Assembly (NCBI GenBank): GCA_013265495.1
Contig: MU058444.1
Location: forward strand, 744,001-808,000
Source of the DNA: Vicugna vicugna
Taxonomy: Eukaryota
Reading direction: 5' to 3'
Length of the DNA: 64,000 nt
In this document: positions 1-13,680 of the stretch, in pieces
How positions within the stretch are numbered: the stretch's first letter is position 1
Layout: every line of letters starts with the position of its first letter
Notes under the pieces: generated by a model
The model's database searches: none
What the model saw: the letters and a program-made list of their open reading frames with translations, nothing else
What the model was told of the DNA's origin: nothing
Program-made: the position numbers and the translations under genes

Positions 1-404
1 ATCACAGCACGCTTTTCTATATTCTGGAAGTCTGCTACCAAGGCATCAATTTGCCACTTCGCATTTTGTTAGAAGCTACTAACCAGACACATTCATCCAC
101 CCCTCCACCCTGGTTAAACTGCTCAGTTTGATGATGTAAAATATTAAGACATGTTTATTGTTATACTTCTGTTGTTTCCTTATACCAGAAATGTTTCTTC
201 CATGTAAAAATGAAAGTATTTTTTCATGTAACTGGTTTACGGCTTTCACTAGTTTTTAAAACAATAACCACCACATTTATTGAGCTTCATTTGTGTGTCA
301 GGTCATGTACTAAATGCCTCATGTAGTTTTATTATTTTGTTAACTTCTAAAAAGAATATAAGTTACTCTCATTGCTTTTTGCGTGGTATTTTATTATATA
401 GTTG

Positions 405-566
405 TTTAAGTCAATGTCATGTTTATTTCTAGATTATAGATTCCTGAAACCATATTTTAGTAATTTAAGTAAATATCATGTTTATTTCTAGATTATAGAT
501 TTCTCAAATCATATTTTAGCTATTTAAATAAATGTCACATTTATTTCTAGATTATAGATTCCTCAA
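405..566. repeat. 59-bp tandem repeat (minisatellite), about 2.7 copies
   Basis: The core TTTATTTCTAGATTATAGATT recurs three times with a 59-bp period; units are AT-rich with a few substitutions. Confidence 0.9.
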
Positions 567-1499
567 GAGCCGGTTTCAGGTCCAGCTCGTTTCTGTTTTC
601 CTCATCATTTCTATACCCTGCAATGTGCAGCTCCCTGAACTGGATTTAATTGTCTTCTCTCTTTTTTTGTTGCTTCTTTTTTTTTATTTCTTTTGTTCCC
701 TTTGTACTTTTTTCTTCTATCCGTAACACATTTACACCTTGTGGGTATCTGGTCATTTTAACCAGAGTTTCCAGCAGTTTCACCAGCCTCAGGATACAGC
801 CTGAGAAACTTCCAGGGAAGAGTCATTTTTCACTTGCCCTTATCACCATCTGATCGAAGCCACTCATTTCCAGGAGTATCCGAGGTGACGATGAGTCTCC
901 GAGGAGTCCTCTCATCTTTATTACTCTCTGTGAGGATTTTGAGGAGAATCTTTCCACTACAGATGCTTCCAGATCCCTTCATTTCCTGCCTCGGCTCAAG
1001 CCACACACTTTGGTTTTGCCGGTCCAAGGCTGTGTTTTCGGTCCCCCAGTGTGCTGAAGCTAAGGGGTCGTCTGAAAATACGAGTGGGGACGATGCTCTA
1101 GTCCACGTGTTCTGGCCCATTTTGTCCCTTGACACCAAAGTGGCGCTCCTGACACTTCCGGGAGAGTGTTCTGTTAGAGCAGCCACCTCATCTTCTGTCT
1201 ATGACTGTGTAGACACCACCTCCTTCCCGGTGGGTTCTTTAAAGACAAAAGTGTATCTGGCTAATTCCGACAGAAACAAAACTTTGACTCCGCTGTGTAT
1301 GGCATTTTATTGCCTCTATTAGAGGAAGAGGAGCCCTGTGGATTTCCTGAAGCATTATTATAACCGCAAAGCTTGGATAACCTGCAGTCTCTTCCTTCAG
1401 TTCCCTTTGTCTGGTGATCAACACAATCACTAACACATAGTAGGCTGTGTTGGACACTGAGAGTTTTGTCATCATCCAGTCTCACTGCCCCTCCTTTAT

Positions 1500-1915
1500 T
1501 TTTAAATTTAGAGAACTCTGATTATATGAGTCCAGCCTAAAGTGATATTTTTAAGCCATCTTTGCAGCTAAGGGAGTGTATGTTCCATCATTCCAGCCAA
1601 CGAGATGTAAGCAGACACCTGTTAAGGATTTCTGGGAAAGCTTTCTGTCTTTGAGATAGGTGTTACACCTTTATTTTATTTTATTCTTTATCACTGTCTT
1701 CTTCCTGAAGCTTAAGTAGTTGTTTGGAACTGTGCACCAGAAAGCTGCGTGCAAAAGGTGGGGATACGAAACTGGATCTCAGACAGTACTTGGGAGTCAG
1801 CCTTGAATAGTCTATCATTCAGATTCCTTGTTTCTTGGAAAACACACACACAGACACACAGACACACACATACTTTTAGGGTTGTTTGCTGCTTCATGAA
1901 GCCGAAAGTAATTCT
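1500..1915. mobile_element. Ancient MaLR LTR (MLT1-like), with an internal (CA)n tract at about 1842-1871
   Basis: Motifs gccatctttgcagctaag, ccagccaacgagatgtaagcaga and gatttctgggaaagctttct resemble recalled MLT1 consensus. Confidence 0.55.
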
Positions 1916-2779
1916 ATTACATAGACACTTAGTCAATGCAAATGAGATGTAGGATTCCGCAGACTCTCCACACTCAGGCAATACCACGCAAAATTTAATA
2001 TTTGCTTAATCAAGAAAATATAGAGAGTAGCTCTCTTTCCAAAATAAACACATGCATTCCAAAGTACGACAAAAGTTAATTTTTTAGATTCTCCGGTTCA
2101 GAGCTTCTTCAGTAGGAAAGATCATATTCAGCAAACTCTGAGCACTTTGAAATTTCGAATATGTAATTTGTACAGCATTTTAACATTGAGGTTATATTTG
2201 GTGCTACATGAAGAAGCATTAAATTATAGGCCAATCAGGACTAGAAGTGCTGTGAGATTCTTGTAGAATATTTGATTAAAAAAACAGATGCAGGTGTAAT
2301 CAATAATGCATGTCCATTCAATCAGGAATCTTGATTTTCGCTCAATTATTTAACTGAAATCACAGACATTAACATACTTCTGAAGTTCTGTTACTCTAAG
2401 AAACGAGTTATTTCTCCAGAGAGGCCTATTTTTAATATCCCTAGCAAGTTCTTTTAAGAAGAGATGAGAAAAAAGTTTATGCTCACAAAATATCCATCCC
2501 TCTGTGCTATAGCAAAAAAGTAATAGCAAAACTGAAAGTTCTGTTTGTTCTCTGTCTCCAGAGTTTGCTATGCTATTCAAGAGGCCAAAAAAAAATGTAA
2601 ATAAAATATTTTCCTATTTAAAAAGACGAAAATCTTCAACTACAGAAAACTCAAGCACATATAAAGCCAGTGTTGATGGAGAAAGCTAATCCTCACTTTA
2701 TAGACTAATTACTGGATGTTTGATATTTACCCAGAATAGAGTGTACCGGCGGGGGAACCTCTAATCTTTCTCGTACTAG

Positions 2780-3172
2780 AAATGCAGTCTGTTTGGTGGA
2801 ACTATTTCTTTTCACCATCCATCTCTGTAATTTTGTTGGGAGAGGCTAATCGCAGTCCCCTGACCTCTGGCTTGTGTACATATTAAAACTGGGTCACTTG
2901 GAGTTCTCCTCTTGTATTTTCTAACTAGAGCTCCAGGAAAACAACTCTGTTTTCTCTCTGACGTGAGGTTGTGCTTGTAGTGATAGTTGTGTTAAGATTC
3001 CAGGCCCATAGGAATAGCCAACTGGAGAAAATTACCACACAGAGGACCACAGAGGGGAAAAAAAGGAATCAGGTCCTTTATCTTTTCTTGATTTCATGTT
3101 GCCAGTCAATATTTCCCTATTTTGATTAAACTAATTTTTTTCCTCTTCCCATAATCAGAAAAAGTCCTAACT
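2780..3172. mobile_element. Ancient MaLR LTR fragment (MLT1-like)
   Basis: Degenerate MLT1-type terminal motifs gccagtcaatatttccctatttt and aatcagaaaaagtcctaac. Confidence 0.35.
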
Positions 3173-3189
3173 AGCAGAATAGCGTGGTG

Positions 3190-3805
3190 CATAATTCATT
3201 TAACAAAACATTTTTAATAACTTACTAGGTTAGTGATAAAAGATGAAACCTAGCATTCCCAAAACTTATGATTTAGCCAAGGAGACAGATACATCAGAAT
3301 AAATCTAGTACACAATATGCTATCTCAAAATTCTTTGAGATGGCAGAAGAATGGGTAATTTTCAGCAAAATCAGAGGAGATTTCAGAGGAGCTGTGACAA
3401 TGGAGCTCAGTCTTAGGGAATATGGATACTGAGTAGGAAAGAGACGAAGATCATTATGGGTAAGTAAGGGCAGACACAAGAGCCTGGGTGTGAAAGTACG
3501 TTATATGTTTGTGGGAAGGGTGAATATCATGGCACAGCTAGAGCATGAGCTATCTCTGTGTTACAGGAACAACTGGAGATGCACCTGCAAATGTAGGTTA
3601 GGGGTGGATTTCTAGGACCAGATGCTCTATACTATGGGAATATAGCCATCGAAGGTTTTAGGATTAACACTGGGAATGCCATTCTATTTTTGAAGGAAAA
3701 CTCTGGGTACATGACAATTTGGAAAAAAAACAGCCTGTTGATGGAGGAACCATAAACAGAAGAGCTGGAGAGAAAGATTCCTATTAGGAATACCTCACAA
3801 TAGTA
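3190..3805 (-). mobile_element. L2 LINE fragment
   Basis: Begins ttcatttaacaaaacattt (L2 3' end, reverse complement), followed by purine-rich L2-like sequence. Confidence 0.55.
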
Positions 3806-3829
3806 CCTGTATTCTCTAATGAAATAAAC

Positions 3830-5275
3830 CAATAATTAGCAAATAAACCAGAAATTAGCAAAAATACTCAAAAAAATTGAACAGCTTGGAAACATCCAAC
3901 CTAATCTGAGTCTTATGAAATTTCTGGTATTTTACCACTTTGACCTACAAAAATGGTAATCCACGTGAGTCAGCCTAATAAAATCCTCCATCAAAAAGAC
4001 AATGAGAACTGAAATCCTAAATCACATAGGAATTAACAAAAATGGGAGCATTTCATATGAAAGCTAATGTTCTAATCAGAATAAGATTTTATATTTTATA
4101 AAAAAGAAAGAAAAATTAATTACTTGTGCAATTTAAGAGATCAGAAAAACAGATTTTGAAGAAATGTTGGTGGGCTTCTGGTTCAATGTCTTGTTAGATA
4201 GGTGTATGAAAATAATTTACCTCCTAATCTCCCAGGAAGATGTTAACATTTAGAAAATAAATAAATAGGTTGTAAAACCCACCAGAAGAAGATAATAGGA
4301 TGGAAAACTATTAGCAGATGAGAAATTTCAAAACAGTCCTTGGAGAAAGAAAGTGGGTGGCTGAGTGGTGTCTGAAGGGAAAGAGCAGAGGGATCCTCAG
4401 CTTGGAATTTGATGGGAGGAGACTTGCTGGCTCAGTGAACCAGGCAGAGATCCCAAAGCCTGAGATTATGGGCACAGCAGATTCCGGGGGAGGGGGGGCG
4501 GAAACAGGGCTGCAGGGTTACTTAAGGATGCCACACCCTGCTTGCCTTGTAGTAGGCACTTTCCCCTTTTATTGGAGAGCTCCCAAATCAAAGAAAATCA
4601 AACCAGGAAGCAATTAGTCAGCCAAGTATGCCAGTCAGATTTTTAACCTCATTTTAAACATAAATGGAAAATTGAAGATCAACACAACCAATAAAAGTCT
4701 ACAACATGCAGCATAAAGCCCTACTAGGTATTCAGGAAAAAAAATTGCAGATAACTTGGTAGTAAATGGACAAGGAGTTCACAGAAAATAGTGTTGGAAT
4801 TGCCACATCATATACAAAAATGCTCAACCACACAAGTAATAAGGGAAATTAAAACTGTAACACTTTTATAACTTTCTAAGTGTTATTAAATTCTAATTGC
4901 ATACAACGATAACATTTTCTAATATAATGGATAGAGATGCCGTTTTTCGTCCATCTTATTAGAAAATGTTTTAAAAGGTTCGTAAGTTCTGGTGAAGGTA
5001 TGGGGAGTGGTGGGGACTAACACAGAGCAAACAGAAGAAAGAACTGCTGCATCTCTTTGGTAAGTTATCTGACGATCTGGTACAGTTCAGACACACGATA
5101 CTTTAGTCGAACAACCCCACTTTGGGAACCAATCATCCACAAGAATGTGTGTGAATATTTTTGCAGCATTGTTTTTGGGAGAATGCATAGTTAGCATACT
5201 CATCAAAATTCATATATATCGATCAAAGGTAAGGTAGAGAATGTTGTGTTATGACCCCAACATTGGAAGACAAAA
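3830..5275 (+). mobile_element. Cluster of highly decayed old L1M/HAL1-type fragments
   Basis: A-rich strand with L1-like motifs aaaatgctcaaccacacaagtaataaggg, acaaccccactttgggaa and ttgcagcattgttt. Confidence 0.4.
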
Positions 5276-5376
5276 AAAATAGTGTGTTTCTCTATGCTTT
5301 TTCTCTTTTTATTCTAATATAGAGAATGATCTTAAATCCTGCATACACTCTGCCACATTGCCAATACTGATTGGAT

Positions 5377-6388
5377 TACATACCTCAGAAACATTGTGGG
5401 TTTGGGTACCACCACAATAAAGCAAATATTGCAATCAGGTGGGCCACACGAATTGTTTGGTTTCCCAGTGCATATTAAAGTTATGTTTATACTATACTGT
5501 AGCCTATTAAGTGTGTAATAGAATCATGTCTGAGAAAACTAACATATATAACCTTAATTAAAAAATACTTTATTGCTAAAATGTGCTATCATCTGAGCCT
5601 TCAGTGAGTCATAATCTTTTTGCCAGTGGAGGGTCTTGCTTCAGTGTTGATGGCTGGTGGCTGATCAGGGTGGTGGTTGCTGAAGACTGGGGTGTGTGAA
5701 AAACTAATAAAATAAGACAGCAATAAAATTTGCCACATCTATTGACTCTTTCTTTCATGGATGATTTCTCTATTGCTAGCAGGCATTGCTCCTTGGCGGC
5801 ATCTTAGAATAATAAAACTTCTTTCAAAATTAAATCAATCCTCTCAAATCCTCCCTCTACATTATAAACTAAATTTATGTAGTATTCTAAGTCCCTTGTT
5901 GTCATTTCAACAATCTTCCTAGCATCTTCACATAAGTAGATTGCATCTCCAAAAACCACTTTCTTTTCTCATCCATAAGAAGCAACTTCTCATCCGTTCG
6001 AGGTTTATCGTAAGATTGCAGCAATTTAGTCACATCTCCAGGTTTCGTTTCTAATTCTAATTCTCTTGCTATTTCCACCACATCTGAAGTTATTTCCTCC
6101 ATTGAAATCTTGAGCCCTTCAACGTCATCCATGAGGGTTGGAATCAGCTTCTTCCAAACTCCTGGGAATGTTGATAATTGTACATCTTTCCATGAATCAC
6201 AATTGTTCTTAATGGCATCTAGAATGGTGAACACTTTCCAGAAGGTTTTTAATTTCCTTTGCCCAGATCCATCAGAGGAATCACTGTCTGTGGCAGCCAA
6301 AGCCTTATGAAATGTGGTTCTTAAATCATAAGACTTGAAAGTCAAAATTCCTCCTTGATCTGCAGAATGAATGTTGTGTTAGGCATGA
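5377..6388 (-). mobile_element. Tigger1 (pogo/TcMar) DNA transposon, 3' portion
   Basis: Terminus catacctcagaaacattgtgggttt matches the Tigger1 3' end; ORF 5902-6345 ([46 protein letters not shown]) is the Tigger1 transposase C-terminal region. Confidence 0.9.
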
Positions 6389-6399
6389 ATTCAGTGTTA

Positions 6400-6648
6400 A
6401 GTTATTGTGGGTTTTAATGTACATTAACTGGATGAATGATGTTGATTCTCTTTTTTCATTCTTATTAGATTATACTCGAATATTCTCTTGTTGAAGTACC
6501 TCTTTTAGTCTAAGCCCCCCCCTTTTCCTATTGCTTTGTATTCCTTTTTATTATTATTATTAATTTTAAATTCTGAATGAGCTCTTTGTCAAATATATGT
6601 ATTGCAAATATCTTCTCCTATGCTGTTGATTGCATTTTGGCTCTCTTA
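6400..6648 (-). mobile_element. Old L1 ORF2 fragment
   Basis: ctctttgtcaaatatatgtattgcaaatatcttctcc is the reverse complement of the L1 WEKIFA region. Confidence 0.55.
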
Positions 6649-6651
6649 TCC

Positions 6652-6765
6652 CACCAAAGGAAAACAAAAAAAGAAGGAAAACATGAAGGAAACCTATGTG
6701 AATTATGGAATATTATTAGGAGAAACATCTATGCATTAGTGGAATTCCAGAAGGAGGGAGAGAAT
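6652..6765 (+). mobile_element. L1 ORF1 fragment
   Basis: Translates KHEGNLCELWNIIRRNI followed by ggaattccagaagga (GIPEG in another frame), like the ORF1p coiled-coil/RRM boundary. Confidence 0.55.
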
Positions 6766-6774
6766 GTCAGAAGA

Positions 6775-7505
6775 GTCCTGTGTACTCTGCTTTCAACATC
6801 CGTACAGAATCTGATCATCTCTCATCATGTCCACCACTCTTTCTCCATCTCGTTTAGACTAGAAGACTGAAATAAGTCCCTAAATAAACTCTTTGTATCT
6901 GTTCATGCATTCCCCAAATCTACAGCCTATTTTTCACCCTGGAGCCACCATGAACCTTTCTCAATGTGAAACAGACCAGTTCACTCCCCCAGTTTAAATC
7001 TTTGTAATGGTTTCCCATCATACTTAGAACGAAACTAAAACCCATTACCTTGGCCTTCAGAAAAAGTTGCTTTGTCTCCTCTCTACCTTAAGACTGTCCC
7101 ATTGCTCACTCAGCTCCAGGTGCGTTGGTCTTACCGTCTTCTAGTATGAGGGTGCTTACGCACCTCATGTGGCATGCTCCCTCCATCCCCTGGCTGAATG
7201 ACCCCTCCTTGAGTGTGCCTTTCCAGACCAAACCAACTGAAGTAGGACCCCTTACTCCGTTTCTGTACACGTTCTCTGCTTCTTCTAATTTGCTGTATTT
7301 CTTTGAACTGGCGTCTTAACTTAGTTGCCTCTTTACTGTTTCACTTCATTGTCGTCTGTGTGCCCGTCCAGCCTGGAGCCTCTCTCAAGGCAGTAGCTTC
7401 TTTCCCCTTGCTCCTAACTGCGTCTCCAGTGCCTGGAATTGCGCCTTGTGGGGAATGTAGGTCCACCATAGACGTTGGTTTGATAAAGAAACGGGTAAGA
7501 ATGAA
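6775..7505 (+). mobile_element. L2 LINE 3' region
   Basis: gttcactcccccagtttaaatctttgtaatggtttcccatcatacttag and tctccagtgcctggaattgcgcc resemble L2 consensus. Confidence 0.65.
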
Positions 7506-7569
7506 TCCTGCTTATTTTCTGGCATGTTCTCTCATTTGATAAGCTGGGGAAGATAATTTTATCTGGAAA

Positions 7570-7793
7570 GCAACAGAGTATAGTATAATGGTGGAAAGCC
7601 CTGGAGCCCAATTGCCTGAATTAAAATTCAGTGTTTTCAGATGTGGTCTTGTGTGATTTTGAATAGTTACTGAACTTGTCTGTACCTTAGTTTTCTTCCA
7701 GTGTGAAAAAGGGTTAATAGTGGTACCGCCATACAGAGTTGTGAGAACAGTGTCTGGTACTTAGTAAGCATTAAGTAGGTGTTGGTTATTATT
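7570..7793 (+). mobile_element. MIR SINE
   Basis: Core ttactgaacttgtctgtaccttagttttcttccagtgtgaaaaagggttaatagt and tail gtgtctggtacttagtaagc. Confidence 0.75.
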
Positions 7794-8719
7794 AATTAAT
7801 AATTAATTAATCCCTTTAATTTACATTATTCTAATTCTTCTTCCTCAGACTGGTGGTTCCAGACATGTAGCACTAAATCAAATCCCTAGTTGAAAAAGAA
7901 AAGCACAAGAGTCTTTTTTCCCCCTCTTTTTCCTGGACTGTTTCTCTGGCTAGACCACTGGGTGTTTATAATTGATATTGTAACACCTACTCTCCTTATC
8001 AGAAGTTTCAGCAGAGCCCTGAATTTGACACTCTATCCTTTAATTCACTTGGTTACATAAATACTTTAGAAGAATCTGGCATCCTCCTGGCTAAACCCCA
8101 TTCTTTAGTTCATTGTATTCGTTGGCCTTCATGAAACTAATTTAATTAGGAAAAAAATTTGACAGGACCAGTACTCATTCTTTAATCACATCCAACAGAT
8201 TCAGATAATTGAATGCGTTAAGCTAAGCTTTATCCTAGCGGCAACTTTAATCCAATCTCCGTAGCAGAAACTTTGTGATAGCAAAAACTTGCAAGTTTGC
8301 TTAATTAAAAATTAGTAAGATTTCTAGAAACACAACACTTTTTTTTAGCATGTCAATCTATTTAAATTTTATTAGAAAAATTACTAGTTAGAATATAGGA
8401 CAATTTGAATAATTCGTTAAGTATAAGGAAGAAAACAAAGCTAAATATGTTTTATGATATCTTTCTTCTAGTAACATAACCCCTAGAAGGAAAAATATAT
8501 AACCACATTTACAATTATAATAAAAGGTAGAAGAAGTAGGTACCCGAAAAGGGAGTTTCTGTAAATTACGATGTGAGGTGAATTGAAACAATATTTTCTT
8601 CTGAATAGTTGCACTAAGGAAATCTTTATTGAAGGATAGTGTTTAAGGAGAAAAACATAAGGAAATATTATAATAAGGAATATGTTAATGTAAATAATAA
8701 CTCAAATAAGGAAAGTTAT

Positions 8720-9330
8720 TCACCTCATCTGGAAGGAAAAGGGACTTTCTAATACGGAGAAGCCTTGTAAGTAAAACTATCAAGGCTGAAAGCTTGGTAC
8801 ATACATGGAGCACAGCAAGAAGCCACTTGGACTGTAGCTTCTAAATAGAGAAAATTTCTAAATACATTTGTAAAAGTACGTAGTCGCATATTAGGAGCCA
8901 AGGTTGGACTTTATAGTCAAAGAAGAAGCACTGTATTGGGGGGAAACTGGTCAGCAGTAGTATGCAAGTTGGCTTGTACACTGGAAGGGCTGGCGGCAGG
9001 ATGTCCAAGTAGGAGACCGTCCCAATCTGAGAGACAAGACAGTGTGGACCATGGCTTTACCTGGAACAGAAATGGGGGGAAAGGAAATAGAGGTGAAACT
9101 GATGAGTCCTAGAAACTGACAGCACGCTGTGTCAACTCTAGGAGTTTCAACATAAGCTAGTGTGCTTGGAGAACCATTGGTCAGACGGAAGATCCTTTTT
9201 GCAAGATGGAGGCGGCTTCTGGGCGAGAACTCATCTCAGGTGAAGAAGCTCCTTATTATGAACAGACCCTGTGGAATATTAGTGGCCAGAAGAAGCAGTC
9301 ATTCAGAGCACAGAATTGTAACTACAAGAG
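8720..9330 (-). mobile_element. L2 LINE fragment
   Basis: Purine-rich L2 reverse-strand motifs such as ttggactttat and gagacaagacagtgtggacc. Confidence 0.4.
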
Positions 9331-11595
9331 CTATTTTGCTAAAACCTCTCAAAATAGTCCATCTCAGTAAGTACTTTAACCCACCTCTTGGATACCTAAT
9401 GTGGGCAGCATGGCTGCTCTAGGGCATCAGCGTTGGTGCCCATGAAGGTGGCACTGGCAGGAGGAGAGACGGGATCCTGCAGCACAAAGCCCCGAGAAGC
9501 CTTACTACAGCAAAACTTCCTACTGAAGTCTGCCTCGCCTTGTGATTCTCAAAAATATTTGGCCACCGAATTTTTTTCTAAAAACTGTTCATAGTTCATA
9601 GACGGATGATGCTTCATATCTTACTTGCAAAATTGCTGGATTATCCAAGCCTTTGCAAATGTTCCCTAGAAGTTACCCAGTAACCTGAGCAAAAAGGCTG
9701 CTTATTTTTCCCAGTGATCAGAATAGTACAGGGTGGAGAGTCACCCGAGTGACTGGAGAGAGTGGCTTTAGAGACCAGAAGACCTTCTCCATGCGGTGTT
9801 GGTCTTCAGGGCTTTCTTTCCCCCGCTGTGTCTCACCATCAGTAGCTGCAACTGCTCTAATGTTGAAAGCCTTCCAAGCCAAGCCAGCTCTGAGCTCCCC
9901 ACCAAGCCGTCTTCCCTCCTTCACTCCAGACCACGTTTCTCTAATCTAAGACCCTCCCTCTGTGGGCAGGCTTTAATGGATCTATCAAAGATACCTTTGG
10001 GAGCACTTACTCAATTCACAAAGGTCCCACTGCTCTGAAAACTGCTTCAAAACCTACAAATGTGGGCTGCTGCCCACGTTTGGGGACTGTTCCTCCACAC
10101 CCGACCATCGTCAGTCAAAACAAGAGTAGACACCAGACTAACACTGAGCCCCCAAGATTCAATTTATCCAAAATGCGCTTAGAACAGAGCTGGTCTCGTT
10201 CCTTCTGGAATGTTCATCTGGAGGGAGGTGATCTGAACTTAGGAGCTGAGGCCAACATTGTGTGGCACCCAAATTCCCAAAGAAACCCAGACACAGAGAA
10301 ACAGGAGAACATCAGAGAAGCAAAGAGAGACAGCCCAGCCTCAGAGGGGGTAGAGGGGCATGGGGGGGATCCAGAGAGAAGGAGAATGTTTCAGGAAGTT
10401 TTCTGCTCTGATCGCTTCCCCCTGTAAGGTGCCCCCCTCTCTCTCTGATGCTGGTTGTTCTCTTTCTCCTCGGGTTGAGAGAGCTCTCCATGACTCTACG
10501 ACAAAGTACCTTATGCAAATTTGAAGCATGATTCTGATACCTGCAGCCAGAATGCCCCTCATTGAGACAGAGCTGCAATGAATAAGCAGGTCACTTCCAT
10601 GTCTTATTAGAAAAGGTCTCCTGGGGACGCGGTGCCTGATCTCAGCTGCGTGACAAGAGTGGCTAGCGCTCCAGGCATGATGGCAGGCTGGCAGGAGGAC
10701 TCATGGAGGCCTTTGAGCTCTCAGTGTACAGACAGCTGCCTTTTCCGTCTGCACATCCACCTGGCCCAGGATTGCACAGAAGCAGAGCCAGGCATCCCCG
10801 GGGCTGCAGAGGGTATGCGGGGTGAACATTCCCAAGATGGCGCTCCCAGAACTTGGAGTACGAATGTGAGCCCACCATGACTCCTACATTTGTTTCCAAT
10901 CTTTTTTGCACCCTCCTCTGCACAGCTCAGTGAGCCCCTGAAATCATGACCTCATTCCAAAAGCCTGGAAGAGTCTCCTTTGAAGTTCCTGTGCTGAAGT
11001 GTATTTTAAAATCTTTTAAGCATTACAACTAACTGTTGAAGGAATATTTAGGCAAGAGATATGACCAGCACCTCAAGAGACTCCAGAATCCAAGGAGCAG
11101 TGGGTCAAGGAAGCCCAGGCTTGGGCAGGAGACGGTAATCTGAAAGTGTGAATAAAGCCAGTATGCCTCGAGACTTACGGTCAGTTTTCACTGGGTGTTT
11201 ACACAAGAAGGGGGGGTCATTGGCTAGTACAACTGATGCCAAAGTCCTCACATGTATAAGGGACTCATCACAGTCTTTCTCCTCTTCTGAATCCCAAATT
11301 TTAAGTCTCCAATCACAGGTATATTGCCTCTTGAAATCTCTGTTTTATGCTATTCATTGGTATTTAGCTTTTTGTGTACAGACTTATTCTCCCAGAACCC
11401 AGCTATGAAGTCTGGAAAAGAAACTATGTACCACTGAGTTTCTGCTTAGAGACAGGATCAGGTCAGGGTTTTTACCCAGTCACTGGCCACAGTATTATTA
11501 AAATAAGATAATCCAGACATTAATTTAATTCATGCCAGTTTTAAGGATCCTCCTCTTTTCAGAAATCATCGCTCTTTCTTCCCTTCCTAGGAAGA

Positions 11596-11656
11596 AACAC
11601 AGAGATACACAGACACACACACACACACACACACACATACACAGACACATACACAC
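11596..11656. repeat. Imperfect (CA)n microsatellite
   Basis: Directly visible. Confidence 0.9.
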
Positions 11657-13109
11657 TTTCCCCCTGCTCTTCAGTCCCAGCCAGTATGAAAAGCTCATCA
11701 CTTGTCACAGGGTGTTTGGTAAAGATAGATTAAGGGACAAGTGATAACATAGGGGTGGCAGAGCCACCCCTCTTCCTCCCCTTATCTGCAGGTGTGAAAG
11801 GCATTTCAAGAATCCTTAATTTTATCTGTGTTTCTGTTTGATGTTAGACATCGTGTTAGGTACTTCGCTGATGTCAATCGGGGATGCCTTAGATTTCTTA
11901 CCGGATTCTTCTTAATACCAAGGACTAAGTTAGCTCAGGAATCCATGCATAAGTAACTAAACCCACGAGTATTAAGACCAAACTTTTATTTTTGCTGACT
12001 GGCAAACATAAGGCATTGGGACGTGAGGAGAATCAGAGTTTAATTTTATATCTTTAACCAAATGGTATGTTTCCTTTCAGAATCATCAGAGCTCTGCCCT
12101 GTTCTCTCCCTCAGCCATGGAATTGCTTTGTGCCTCTCCTGAACCAAATGTTGCAGAGAGAAAGGAATTTAGTATTCATCGCAAAGGGAAAGGGTTTGCA
12201 GGCTTAGCCTGAGAGCCAGCTGCATGTAAACAGGTCAAAACGCTTGAGCAAGACTCAGACGTCGACAAGCGCTCACAGTGCTAGGAGAAATGCACACTGC
12301 AGAGAAAGAGGTTTGGAAAGGGAATGTGGCCTGATGGTTTAATTCTGAACTGGCTTTTCCTCAGCAGTTCCCATATGAAGCAAATTTAAGGCAGAACTGG
12401 GCACATCAGAGAGAAATAGTAATGAGAACATACAAGAAGAGGAGCATTCCTTGAATACTGGGGGGGGTTAAGGCCATCATAACTGAAACTTGTCTTCCAA
12501 AGTGCCAAAAATCTTATGAAAAGAAGAGAAATCCCGCTGAGCGCTGAAATAGCACCTTTTCCCCCAGTAGAACACTATGCATATTGAAGGGGGAAATAGC
12601 AGACAGGAATGCTTTAAATGCGGGATGAATTTGCAGCATGTGGGATGGAATGCTTTATTATTTTTTCTGATATTTTAGAATAGAGGGCTTCTTATCAAAG
12701 CTTGCTTGTTATGGTCCAGCAAATCCGTTGCATGAAAGTGGAGGAAAGCGATTTAATAATCCTAGAATCAAATATTTTTTTTTCCTTTGAATTTGTTTTG
12801 ACCCATTTTGGAATTCTTTGGGTATTTGCATCAAACTCCTGGCTATCTTATGTTGTCATAAAAGGGAGGACTAAGTATTTCATCCCACTGAATAGAAAAA
12901 ATAAATAAATAAGTGAGGAAGGAAAGACAGTAATGATTTCAAGAGGGAAACAGTGGAGGAGGAAGGAGAAGGTAGGAGACTGCTTCAAAGAATGATAACT
13001 TCCTGTGATGTACAGACATCCTGGGCGGAGTCTGAGAGCAGTGGTGAAGGATCCGTCGTGAGGAGGGACATGGGTCACGTGACCTACAACAGGCAGCTGG
13101 AGGTCATAG

Positions 13110-13680
13110 TGTCACCCCTAAAAGGGAAAAGGACGAGACCCCAGTTCTTGTCATACCTAAAAGATAAGAATACAGACAGGAGATGAAGTGTCCTATAGCA
13201 AAAGATTTTAAAGGTTTTATTTAGCAAAAGGAAGGCACACCTCCAAGAATGGGAGGTGGGCTGATCCAAGAGCAGAGAGCAGTGGGCTTTGTCCCTCCTC
13301 TGTACCCTCGCTTAGAGGTGGTCTCTTGATTGATTGACAGCTCTTGCCCCTGGAGTGCTGAGTCATGCTCGTTCCCTTTTGCGCACATCCTTCCTTACCC
13401 AGGATGCCCACAGAGAAACCCATGGTCAGGGGGTGGGGTGGGGATGGGGCTAAACTGCAATGCTGATTATATTACAAGGAGCACTGGGTCATGTCCTGTT
13501 AGGTCCTTCTCGCTACCACACAGTTGTGGCTGTTGGATTCTAACAGGTTTCTTCCTGGCACTTGGTTAGAGGAAATAAAGCCCCTTTATGCTGAAGGCGG
13601 GCACACCACCATCTTCTGGACCACCCTCCCTCTCCTCCACCTTATCTGCCCAGTGCCCCCACTTATCTAACTACCTAACA
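13110..13680 (-). mobile_element. Solo ERV LTR (class I/ERV1-like), 571 bp
   Basis: TG at 13110 and CA at 13680, flanked by a perfect 4-bp TSD ATAG (13106-13109, 13681-13684); minus-strand AATAAA at 13216-13221; minus strand begins TGTTAGGTAGTTAG. Confidence 0.85.

Noticed and set aside
405..566. CRISPR-like array
   Set aside because: The inter-core segments are homologous to each other rather than unique spacers, the context is eukaryotic and there are no cas genes.
570..1485. Overlapping ORFs of 118 and 162 aa as a host exon or pseudogene
   Set aside because: No recognisable protein similarity, stops flank the frames and there is no convincing splice-site pair. The 570-760 part may be a decayed L1/HAL1 ORF1 relic. 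A BLASTX search would settle it.
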